Origin: Azolla caroliniana
Lineage: Eukaryota > Plantae > Polypodiophyta
Length of the DNA stretch: 14,023 bases
Assembly (NCBI GenBank): GCA_043228905.1
Contig: JBHGNT010000907.1
Location: forward strand, 1-14,023
Reading direction: 5' to 3'
Shown: positions 1-9,416 of the stretch, piece after piece
Layout: each line of letters opens with the position of its first letter
Position numbering within the stretch: the stretch's first letter is position 1
Notes under the pieces: generated by a model
What the model was told of the DNA's origin: nothing
The model's input: the letters and a program-made list of their open reading frames with translations, nothing else
Database searches by the model: none
Position numbers and translations under genes: made by a program

Positions 1-1462
1 AATCACCTTATCCTAGCAGTAAGTTGTTACATTATTAGCACTACTTCTCGGGTTCAAAACCCAATTGTCGTCACTTCTCTTTCCTTGCCTCTTCATAACT
101 ACATATATTAATGTTGTTTTAATTTGCAATATTGCATATTACATTGTGTAATGGCCTCCTATAGCCTGATTCATAAACGATGGGGATTGACTTATGTGTC
201 TATACGATGACCCATGTGGTGATTGTTGCAAATCTATAATTATTATTTTTATAACAAGTGTGCATCCCAATGATTGGTTCGATATAATATGTTTCATTGT
301 CGTGTATAACATTTACCATTAACAATACATTTGTAAACAACATCACTACACATTTTCTCCTTTCATGTAATGTATTGTTATGTTCCAACCTTGAGATAGA
401 AAAAATAAAAGGGGAATATTACAAGTAAAGAACCTTTGGAGATTGTTCATACTTATGTTTGGGGCCCTTCATAAGAATCAAGTCTTGGAGGCTCATGGTA
501 TTTTATTCCATTTAGTAATGATATATTCTAGAGTGGTATGTACATATTTTATACATTGTAACGATTAAGTTTGCAATTTTTTGTGAATTTAAATGCATGT
601 TTGAAATCAATGCAATAGGAAAACCATAATGTCAACATGATTTATTTCATATCTAATGCAAAATTGTATAACAAAGGCCATGGTGCTTGACGTGAATGAA
701 CATGCTTGCCATTATTTGATCACATTAATAAATCAAATGCCCACATATGTGTTTGGTAATTATATATAACATATGAAATATTTTTGGGTAAGAGACCAAA
801 TGCAAATAGTTTGAGATGTTATGGTTGCATTCGATATTCATGTACTAAGTGAGAAGTAAGCTTGATGAAAAATTTACAAAATGAATACATTTGGGTATTG
901 ATGTTATCGATAGTGGTTATAGACTTTATGGTCCTCAAGGTAATAAGTTTTATGCGTAAGAGATGTTAAATTTGATGAATCACATGGTTGGACGATTTTG
1001 ATTGCAAAACAAGCATGCCCATAGATAATGTTAGGGTCAATGAGAAAGATGAGTTCCAAGATGTTAAATCAAATGAAAGTGAAGTGGAAAGTGATAATCA
1101 AATCAATGATGATATTAACCATGGAATAGTTTTGAGCCTAGAAGCTCTACAAGCGAAAGAATTTGCCCAACACTAGAAAGATTAACATATGAATCTCTAT
1201 TTGGTAATCATTGTTTATTCACATTGAGAATTAGAAAAAGGAAATAATCTAATTAGTAATTCATACGAAGAAGCAAGTAAAACGGAGGATAGGGTAATTA
1301 CAATAAAGGAAGAAATTGATGCATTGCTTAAAAAAGATGTTGCAACGGTACATACACCTATTGGTAAGAAGGTATCGATTTGAAGTGGGGTTACAAGGTA
1401 AAGTATAATGTTGGTGGAACGGTGAAAATGTTTAAAGCAAGGTTAGTGGCAAAATGTTTGAC

Positions 1463-1792
1463 TGTTACAAGGCTTGATGTTTCTTATGTTCATGTTGGTT
1501 GTAAATATATGCTTACATGGTTGTAATGAAGAGGATACTCAATATGTCAAAGGTGATTATTAATTTATATGTATGTGATTTGATTATCACTAGAATTATG
1601 ATAATTTAGTATATGGTAATAAAAAGAGTCCTTCAAATGAATTTGAGATGAAAGATAAGAGTGAATTTAAATATTTATAGGTTAGAAAAGTACATGATTT
1701 AATTGTTACAAGGCTTGATGTTTCTTATGTTCATGTTGGTTGTAAATATATGCTTACATGGTTGTAATGAAGAGGATACTCAATATGTCAAA
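1463..1792 (+). repeat. Perfect 89-bp direct repeat (1463-1551 and 1704-1792) inside the copia remnant
   Basis: tgttacaaggcttgatgtttc...gatactcaatatgtcaaa is identical at both positions, offset 241 bp. Confidence 0.95.
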
Positions 1793-2138
1793 AGGTATAA
1801 GTTATAACTGATTATGGACATATGTACATATGCTAATTAATTATAATAATTTATGACTTTAGATTTATAGTTATGCAGATTGAGCATGTGATCACGAGGA
1901 GACATGAAGAAGTACAAGTGGTCATCTTTGCTTTGTTTTAAGTTTTAACATGATTATCAAAAAAACATAAAATGAATTCATTAAGACAACAAAAGGAGAA
2001 TTTAGAGCTACTACTCAAGTAACATGTGAAGGTACATGAATGGAAAGAGTTCTTTAATATATTGGAATTGAAGATCCAAGGACAATGATAATTTGCTACT
2101 GTATTATTAGCTTAACCATGTTGGTAAAGAATCTGAAT

Positions 2139-2294
2139 TTTCATGCTTGCACCAAACATATAAAAGTACATTATCACGATGTACGAGAGAGGATAATTGA
2201 AGGTGTTGTCAATCATGTTGCAATGACTCCAATGTTTCATAATTGCACCAAACATATGGAAGTACATTACCATTATGCACGAGAGAAGATAACT
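2139..2294 (+). repeat. Diverged in-frame duplication of the copia RNase H FHxRTKHIxVxYHxxRE motif (2139-2198, 2235-2294)
   Basis: 50/60 nt identical by manual alignment, 96-bp period. Confidence 0.9.
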
Positions 2295-2891
2295 TGCAAC
2301 ATTGTTGATTTAAAACACATGAAGCTTGAATATCAAATAACTAATATCTTCACCAAGGCATTGCCTTAGTTTATTTACTCATCTACTTCATAGTTGTGTT
2401 GGCCTACTTCTATTGGACTACAATTTTCCTTGATTACATATAATTGCTATGCAATATCTTTGTGAACAAAGAGATTTACAAGTTTTCAACATAGATACAT
2501 GGGAAATGGATAACAATATGTGAGTTGAGGTTAAGACCATTACGAGGATTGAAGTTGAGTTGAGCAAGAGAGAGTCACAACAGTAATCAAGTATATTAGC
2601 AACGTGATCATGAATACCTAGCTTCACGATATCAATACAAAATTCTACTATGCTACAAATGGTGACAACAACAAGATTGTCCTTACAAACAGTACAAATA
2701 AATAACAACTTCAATTAAAATTTTGTGGTCGATAAATGAATAGAACCACTTTATTATCATGTGAAAAAGACAAAATTAGATTTGCTTAATTCATGGAATT
2801 ATTATTGTGTGATTAAGGGGGTTAGAGCCATTACAACAATGACATAGTTTGCACGAGGAACAACATAACATTATTATTCAAGAATGCTTGA

Positions 2892-3284
2892 TCAAGCTGG
2901 TGTAGGTGAAGTTGTAGGAGAGGGTGTAGGTGAAGACATAAGAGCGGAAGGCGAAGGAGCAGGGGAGGTGCTTGTGGTAGAGCAAGTGGAGCTACAGGGA
3001 GAGTTGCAAAAGCACCACAATCCAATGCAGTAACCAGAGGTACAATTTGTGCAGAAGATACAATCATTGCTAGTACACAAAATACCAAAGCGTGGGTGGC
3101 ACGACTTACAATAGGCATCACATGCGCTAGAGTTGCCTCCATACACACACAAATTGCTAACATAAGGCCCACATGTTGCTTGTACTGGTTCAATCTCAGC
3201 CATGAATGCAATTGATGCAACCAATACAACCATCACAACACCAATAGAACAAGATACCACATGCAAACACTCGTGCTTCGTCAT
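2892..3284 (-). CDS. Secreted cysteine-rich defensin-like (DEFL) protein, 130 aa, with 14 mature Cys and a Ser/Thr/Pro-rich C-terminal tail
   Basis: Likely start is ATG 3284 (ACAATG context) within the 167-aa ORF. A hydrophobic signal peptide ends VQA|TC, as in plant defensins. It has CxxxC (CDAYC), a gamma-core GxC (GYCIGLWC) and a CxC-x3-C ending, then the tail STTSTSPAPSPSALMSSPTPSPTTSPTPA. The ORF is intact and higher in GC than its flanks. Confidence 0.85.
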   Translation of the reverse strand: MTKHECLHVVSCSIGVVMVVLVASIAFMAEIEPVQATCGPYVSNLCVYGGNSSACDAYCKSCHPRFGILCTSNDCIFCTNCTSGYCIGLWCFCNSPCSSTCSTTSTSPAPSPSALMSSPTPSPTTSPTPA

Positions 3285-3354
3285 TGTTATATTATAAGCA
3301 ATGCCTCTCCTATCTTCAATTCCTACTATATTCGATTTAGAAGCCTTATTGACA

Positions 3355-3362
3355 CTATATAG
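3355..3362 (-). promoter_or_regulatory. Candidate TATA box of the defensin-like gene
   Basis: CTATATAG lies about 70 nt upstream of ATG 3284. Position and motif only. Confidence 0.4.
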
Positions 3363-5024
3363 TACTCCTATGATTCTCTTTTGTATCCGTAACATTTGAC
3401 TTTACCATCTTGTCATTAATATTGTTGCACTCTCAAATCATTGACTCATAATCAAACATCCCATATATTGTAAATTTGTATCTAATATGCTTATATACAT
3501 TGTCATGTAACTAATGTAACCCTGAGATTGGTTGTAAGTTATATTTATCATACCACTTCCTCGTGATGCAACATCTATTGATGAATTTGCAATTAGCTAT
3601 TTTTCATGCATCCCCAACAATCATACTTTTCTCTTCATTTTGTTCACACTATAATTCAAATGTTATTGCCTTTATAAAAAAAATTGACATCTAGATATGA
3701 TTTTATAGTCCACATTATAGTTTGGTTCCATTTGTATGTAATTTTCACACCCCATCATGCATTCAACATCTCATATAGAAACTCCACCTCCATCTCGATC
3801 AACAATTGCATGTGCCTATTGATTTTACGTCATACTATTTATAGAGTTCAAGCACAATATGGTATGGCTTGCCCAACCAATCTCATTAACATGTCATGGA
3901 TGACTAATTACAACAATCATGCATTTTTAATTCTTTTTACAACAATGTTGTTGAAATATATTACCATATCAATGTTATGATTACATTAAATGACTTTTAA
4001 CATGGAGGTCACACGCAATTTATTTGGCAAACCATCCAACTTAATGACCAACTTAATGAGGTAACATGATTTTTATGTTCCAAAACTCGTGGTTTTGAAC
4101 ATACTAGGGCATCAACAACTTGAGACATGAACAATTATATTGTTCATATTCATATTATGCCAAAAAGAATATGAGATGTTTTATTGTATGAATAAGGAAG
4201 CTCTCTAAACTCTTAGTTGACATAAATAAGGGTGACATTGATTACCTACAAACCTCTTGGTTGGCATAATGGAATGCATAATTGAATAACCATAACTCTA
4301 AAATAATTTATGCTTAGATTAAAAACATGCAAATGTAACCAATACTAGAAAATCGACAATTGATTTCAATGTAATATGAATATATCTATTGCAAGTCACT
4401 TGTCTCTTTTCCAATTTTAGGCACAATTCTCATGGGAAACATTTACATTATGAGAAAAACATTTCACGATGGTTTATTGTAGGAGCAAGGAAGTCATAGA
4501 CTTTGTAGGATCAATGACAACCAAGGCGCCACTTGCAAAGAAACCTCTACAAAAATCATATACATATTGACATATAAGTTCATAACCATAGCACTAAAAA
4601 CATTTAAAGGGCCAAAACACCCTTGCATAAATTTGAAGTGTATAGAATGTAACCATATCTAATGAAATTGCAACCAATGTCAAATGTAACATGGATACGC
4701 CTACTCTAGATCAATTGGTTCCATTCCAAACATAGGTATAGTTCTCATGATTGGGCAATATCTCATCCCATTATTTAACCTCCTTCCTTTTTTTATGGCG
4801 AGGTACTACTAGACGAGTTAGGATACAATGAAAGATAATGTATTCGGTAAGTGGTCTTGATCTATGAGAGAATGAACCCCTCCAACATTTTCCTTGTGCA
4901 TACAAGCTCGTCACTAGTCCCATGACTCACGAAACACCTAGCCAAAGTGATACTTTTTAGGTATGGGATATTGATTTTTAAGCCCACTTTAAAAGATTTT
5001 TAAAATGTCCCCATTGTTATTCAG

Positions 5025-5350
5025 CGAGCTTCTTCAAGTTGCTACACAAACACCATATGTTTCTTAACATTTCACGCTAGATAACCTATTATTGAGATCA
5101 TAGGCATGACGAGCTTTTAAGGTTTAAAACAAAACCTCATATTGACTTCCTAGATTTGCATGGGAGCAGATAAACATTTCAAAATATGCATAAAGCAAAA
5201 GTTTGAGTTCCTTGTGGATGCAACATATGAAGAAACAATTAAGAAGATGGGGCGCATCAAACTCACTTTTTTCTCAACAACAATGTATCACCACTAACAA
5301 GAGATGTGAGCCTTGCTTTAGAGATGATCACATTTGTTGCACCAAACTCA
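5025..5350 (-). mobile_element. Probable highly decayed hAT transposase C-terminal dimerisation-domain remnant
   Basis: Minus-strand fragments across frameshifts, in the expected order: EFG, W*(WW), SYVAST-x-QTFALCI (cf. YGxxxPxLQxxAxRIL), NRLSS, MVFV, SNLKKL (cf. RNRL...LVFVxxNLRLL). The CERNWS core is not visible. Confidence 0.4.
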
Positions 5351-5684
5351 ACCACCTTCATCTCTGCACATGTTAACCACATGACACTCGTAAAATGTTA
5401 AACCTCATATTTATTCATCCCTTGTGCTTTCGTGTGAATGATCTCACACCTCATTCAATTAGAGATATGATAGTTAGGCACAATCCCATAGATTGTGTGA
5501 TGGGTGTGAAAAGGTAGAGTGGCCGCGATGTATAAAAATATGAAAAGTAAATATGCTTTAAGTTTTAGGACTAATTTAGAACAATAAGTGATAAACAAAT
5601 AAGTTTTTAAATCTAAATGATCGGATAAAAAACATGTTGAGCATTGTATAAAAGTTGTAGGAAGGGCACAATGAGAGAGAGAGA

Positions 5685-5849
5685 ACTCTGCAAGGTCACA
5701 TATCATCATATTCGCCATTTGAATTGGTGTGTAGGGTGGCATTGAGTTTGGTGTCGTAGTAGTCTTTAGATCCCTAGATAGAAGGGTTCTATACTTTGTA
5801 GTAAGTTAGTCATGGTAGTGTTTTTTCTTTCATAATGAACACCATTATT

Positions 5850-5852
<3 letters not shown>
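5685..5852 (+). mobile_element. Short 5'-truncated copy of the 3' end of LINE family A (same family as 6982-7704)
   Basis: Aligns end to end with ~7533-7704 (tctgcaaggtcacatatcatcatattc...tagatccctagatagaag...accatta..tac). Flanked by (GA)6 at 5673-5684 and (GA)20 at 5853-5892. Confidence 0.88.

Positions 5853-5892
<40 letters not shown>
5853..5892. repeat. (GA)20 microsatellite
   Basis: Direct reading. Confidence 0.99.
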
Positions 5893-5897
<5 letters not shown>

Positions 5898-6952
5898 AAT
5901 TTTTATCGTCCATAAAGAGGCCAATTCTGACCTATGGGAAAAGAGTGTGTTCTTGATATGTGTCGCCTTCCTAAAAATGGGTATTCATGCATTGAAGCAC
6001 AAAGGCTCTATGCGTGAATAAGGCATACACATATGAGCTCAACCTTCTACGTGGTGTCTTAAATATGGCACTTAAGTTATCACTCCCCCTTAATATGTCA
6101 TCATATCTTGAACAAATTGCACTATATGTCGAGCATGTGAAGAGCAAGTGACATTCATCCTCTACCATGCCTTCGTTGCATACTTTACATGCCCTTAATT
6201 TTTGTTACATTTTGATACCATGATGCAACTTCATACCTAACTTGTGAGCTCTGGTGCGAAGTAGTGTGAGGGCTCTATGAGCATTACTACTCATATTGGT
6301 AATGAGATCATGTTTGATATGATCAATAAGCATTCTTGCATTATATGGAGACCAACATCCAGGGTTGACATTTGCAATGTAGTATTCTACCTTTGTCCTC
6401 TTAGCATCTTCCCATTTCATCCTTAATGATTCCACCAGCCTTTCTTCGATCATTATATAAAGCATAACATTGCTCGAAATCTCTAAAAGATCATCCACAC
6501 CCCATCTTTTGAACCGTTTTCATATATCAACAACCTAACCGGATGAGAGAAATTTACTCTGATGATTTGTTTGTTGCTTACATCTAGCATTCCAAGGAAG
6601 ATGTGGTAATCAATGATTCAGCATATTCTCGACTTTTGTAATGTATCTATATACTCTTTGGAGTGCCAATATCTCTATGGGCTGAACACTTGTTTCCAAG
6701 AGCATAACCTAGTAAGAGGTAGTGCATTTAACTCCTAATTGCCTCCTTCAAAACATCTTTTGAATTTTCTCAATCTCACTCCATGCATCAAGAGAGATGG
6801 CGCTACCCTATATTTCTACTCCATAAAGCACAAGTATCACTTTGGTTGCATTGGTTCTTCAAAAGCTAACATGATTTCCAATTGACTTGAAGCCTAGAAT
6901 CAAAGCATGCACTCTGTTTATTTGTGGTGGGTTAATAAATACCAAGATATTT
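5893..6952 (-). mobile_element. Decayed 5'-truncated non-LTR retrotransposon (non-L1; RTEX/L2/CR1-like ORF2 C-terminus)
   Basis: The minus strand reads KYLGI (RT domain 7, from 6952), LYGVEI*G (YGxEIWG), EIEKIQKMF, QLGVKCTTSY, LTLLRTRAHKL and the zinc knuckle CKVC-x4-VEDECHLLFTC. The 3' end reads aaaaatttgaatt. Clade assignment is tentative. Confidence 0.85.
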
Positions 6953-6981
6953 AGAAAGAGAGAGAGAGAGAGAGAGAGAGA
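6953..6981. repeat. (AG)n microsatellite between two LINE fragments
   Basis: Direct reading. Confidence 0.98.
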
Positions 6982-7704
6982 CAAGCATAAGTGGATGGAA
7001 TAAAGGGTTATGAAGATACGAGGTTTTCGTAAGTCCATTACCTGGTGCTTTCATGCGATCAAGGCAGGTTGGTGACACGATGTTCACGATTGATGCTACG
7101 AGCTTAGGTATTCATTTGGAGAGTTATGGTTAGAGCTTTACCATTATGGTTGCATTAAAAAAAAGAAATATTGCTAGAGGAACATGCTTCTTTTGTTAAG
7201 TGGAATTGGAACATAGTAGGCATCAATTTCTTTCATGCTCGATGGCTAGGATGGTTTGGAGGTGTATCAATTTAGTGTGGATGTCTCTAACTGGACTAAG
7301 CCTATCTTATGTAGTTCGATTTTTGCACATATGGAGAACAATGAAGCGATGCCTCGTTTCCAAATTATTTTTGAGTTCTTGAGGTATTGGGGCTATGGTC
7401 AATTGGAATATGTGGAATGTCTTCCCTTTTGATTCGCAAGTTGGGGTGAGAAATATGTTGTAAGTTAAAAGGACTTCTTTTGTGGCAATTGACAATGCGA
7501 AGTCACGAAATCTCAACCTTGCTAAGAGAGAAATCTGCAAGGTCACATATCATCATATTCATAATTTGAATTGGTGTGTAGGATGCCATCGATTTTGGAG
7601 TCGTAGTAGAGTAATATTTAGATCCCTAGATAGAAGTTTCTATACTTTAGAGTAATTTAGTCATGGTGGTGTTTTTTTCTTTCGTAATGAAAACCATTAG
7701 TTAC
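6982..7704 (+). mobile_element. Decayed L1-clade LINE 3' fragment, family A (zf-RVT region and 3' UTR)
   Basis: VFIWRVMVRALPL and CFFC*VELEHSRHQFLSCSMARMVW match the plant L1 CCHC zinc-binding region. It ends directly in (GA)12 at 7705-7728. Confidence 0.85.
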
Positions 7705-7741
7705 GAGAGAGAGAGAGAGAGAGAGAGACGCACACACACAC
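7705..7741. repeat. Compound (GA)12-(CA)n microsatellite
   Basis: Direct reading. Confidence 0.97.
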
Positions 7742-9021
7742 TTGGGCAATCCATTAGGAATGAATGTTACAAATGGTCAATTGACTGAATGGATGTCTAG
7801 TAAGTTGAGGGATAAGTTCATGTATCGGAAGTCACAATCTTGGCCATTTCATGTACACTTGAAGGTTGTACAATGTATTATGGAACCCATGATATTATAT
7901 TACTTTCCATTATTGTCATGGACAAAGAAGGCTTTGCATCTTATTTTGCAACCTCTTCGATATTTGTTGTGGAAGAAGAGGGATAAGATGGGAATCACAT
8001 GGGTTGCGTGGAATCATCTAGCAATACGTAAGCGCTTGAGAGGAGCTGGAATATTGAACTTATCTATGCATATGATGGCTTGTAGATTTTCATTATTACA
8101 AGACGTGTTCAAACTCACAACCATGGATATCTATTGTTCAATATTTCATTGAGAACAAGGGTTTAATACATGGGAGGACAATGATTAAGGCTTCATGGTG
8201 GCAATTACTGAATGGATATATTTCACTTAGGATTCAAGGCTCTTCATGTGTTCCCCTTACCTTTGGAAACAGGAGAACAATCGTGGATTGATTGGTGTTT
8301 TATGGGGTCAAACGTTGTTGTTACAAGTGACTACTAATCATTTGTATCATTGCTCTGTTGAGCATCTTGGATGGCTATCATCTAAGGCTGAAGAAGAATG
8401 GAAAATACACAAATCTAATCATGGGTGGTGGTAGATCTTACAACGTAGTTGGCATTTTAAATTGCCACTCATCGCAAAGGTCTTCATTCGAAGAATTGTT
8501 CTAAAGCACCGTGGACCAACAACGGGTAATTGCTACTTTTGCATTGTTCAAATGGAAGATAATACTCATAGATTTATACAATGTCTGATTTCTTGTTAGA
8601 TTTGGAGTTACATTTCTCAAAATTGGCAAGTTTTATCACGGTGTTATTTGACACCTAGACAATGGGTGTTTGCACAAATTACACTGGTTGACCCAAAATC
8701 AGAGATGGAGATTGTTTTCCTATTTTTTGAGATATTGGGGATTCCATCATAATTGGGACATGCACAACACTTTTGTATTCGATGGTAGATAGGGAGTGAA
8801 AGCATATATACGAAAGTTGAAGGGAATACTAATGTGACAGATTTCTTTATTGGAGCAAGTAGAAAGTCTTTACTCAGTGGAGTGTTTGTCTTGCCTATTG
8901 ACAATTCAACATGTTCCATTACCCATGTAGTGTAGTTAGTGGGTGACCATACACCATTGTCACACCCATTGTAAGTAGTGTGTTTTTACACACATTTATT
9001 AATATAATTTTGTGTTTTCAC
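7742..9021 (+). mobile_element. Decayed L1-clade LINE 3' fragment, family B (RT domain 7, thumb, zf-RVT, presumed 3' UTR)
   Basis: LGNPLG (YLGxPL), WVAWNHLAIRKRLRGAGILNL (cf. VAWxxxxxPKxxGGLGIxxL), AKVFIRRIV and CYFCIVQMEDNTHRFIQC (CCHC). Frameshifted and stop-interrupted. Confidence 0.9.
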
Positions 9022-9102
9022 CTGAGAGAGAGAGAAAGAGATACACCATTGTCACGCCCATTGTAATTAGTGTGTTTTTACACACATTTATTAATATAAT
9101 TT

Positions 9103-9145
<43 letters not shown>

Positions 9146-9211
9146 CACCATTGTCACACCCATTGTAAGTAGTGTGTTTTTACACACATTTATTAATATA
9201 ATTTTGTGTTT

Positions 9212-9271
<60 letters not shown>
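8949..9271 (+). repeat. Three near-identical ~65-73 bp units (8949-9021, 9041-9106, 9143-9215), each followed by a (GA)n tract
   Basis: The unit is atacaccattgtcacacccattgtaagtagtgtgtttttacacacatttattaatataattttgtg(ttttcac). Copy 2 has two substitutions and a shorter 3' end. Confidence 0.96.
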
Positions 9272-9275
<4 letters not shown>

Positions 9276-9278
<3 letters not shown>

Positions 9279-9416
9279 ATGTAGCTCAGTTGGTAAGGTT
9301 GCCCAATGGAGACCGGGAGGTCATGGGTTCAACCCCTACATTCCACAATGGCATCTAGTTAATTAAAAGAGATATGTATGAAGTATGTAATAGAGAGGTG
9401 AGCTAATTGGTTTCAA
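9276..9416 (+). mobile_element. tRNA-derived SINE-like element, copy 1
   Basis: Pol III A box TAGCTCAGTTGG (9282-9293) and B box GGTTCAACCCC (9326-9336) at tRNA spacing. A non-tRNA 3' body is shared with copy 2. Confidence 0.82.

Larger units (their letters stand above)
424..2369 (+). mobile_element. Decayed Ty1/copia LTR-retrotransposon pol remnant (integrase - RT - RNase H), with stops, frameshifts and deletions
   Basis: Motifs occur in copia order. Integrase: KEPLEIVHTYVWGP and SLGGSWYFI (~427-510). RT: KWGYKVKYNVGGTVKMFKARLVAK (~1383-1454), LYVCDLIIT for YVDD (~1565-1591), EFEMKD (~1639-1656). Linker: TRLDVSYV for TRPDISYA. RNase H: FHACTKHIKVHYHDVRE and QITNIFTKALP (2139-2366). No LTR or PPT recognised. 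Confidence 0.93.

Noticed and set aside
2418-2714. Cys-containing 98-aa ORF as a second cysteine-rich peptide
   Set aside because: It has a non-ATG start, no clear signal peptide and no recognisable Cys pattern.
2831-3229. 132-aa overlapping ORF (likewise 13328-13585 and 13335-13547)
   Set aside because: These are alternate-frame or antisense shadows of real coding sequence, with no recognisable motifs.
3285-3395. 37-aa N-terminal extension of the 167-aa ORF
   Set aside because: It would bury the signal peptide. ATG 3284 has a better context, and a TATA-like motif lies within the extension.
8949-9271. CRISPR-like repeat-spacer array
   Set aside because: The repeats are ~70 bp, the spacers are pure (GA)n, there are no cas genes, and the context is eukaryotic.
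9276-9345. Functional tRNA gene
   Set aside because: The anticodon and acceptor stems pair poorly, and a second copy shares a non-tRNA 3' body, which fits a SINE better.
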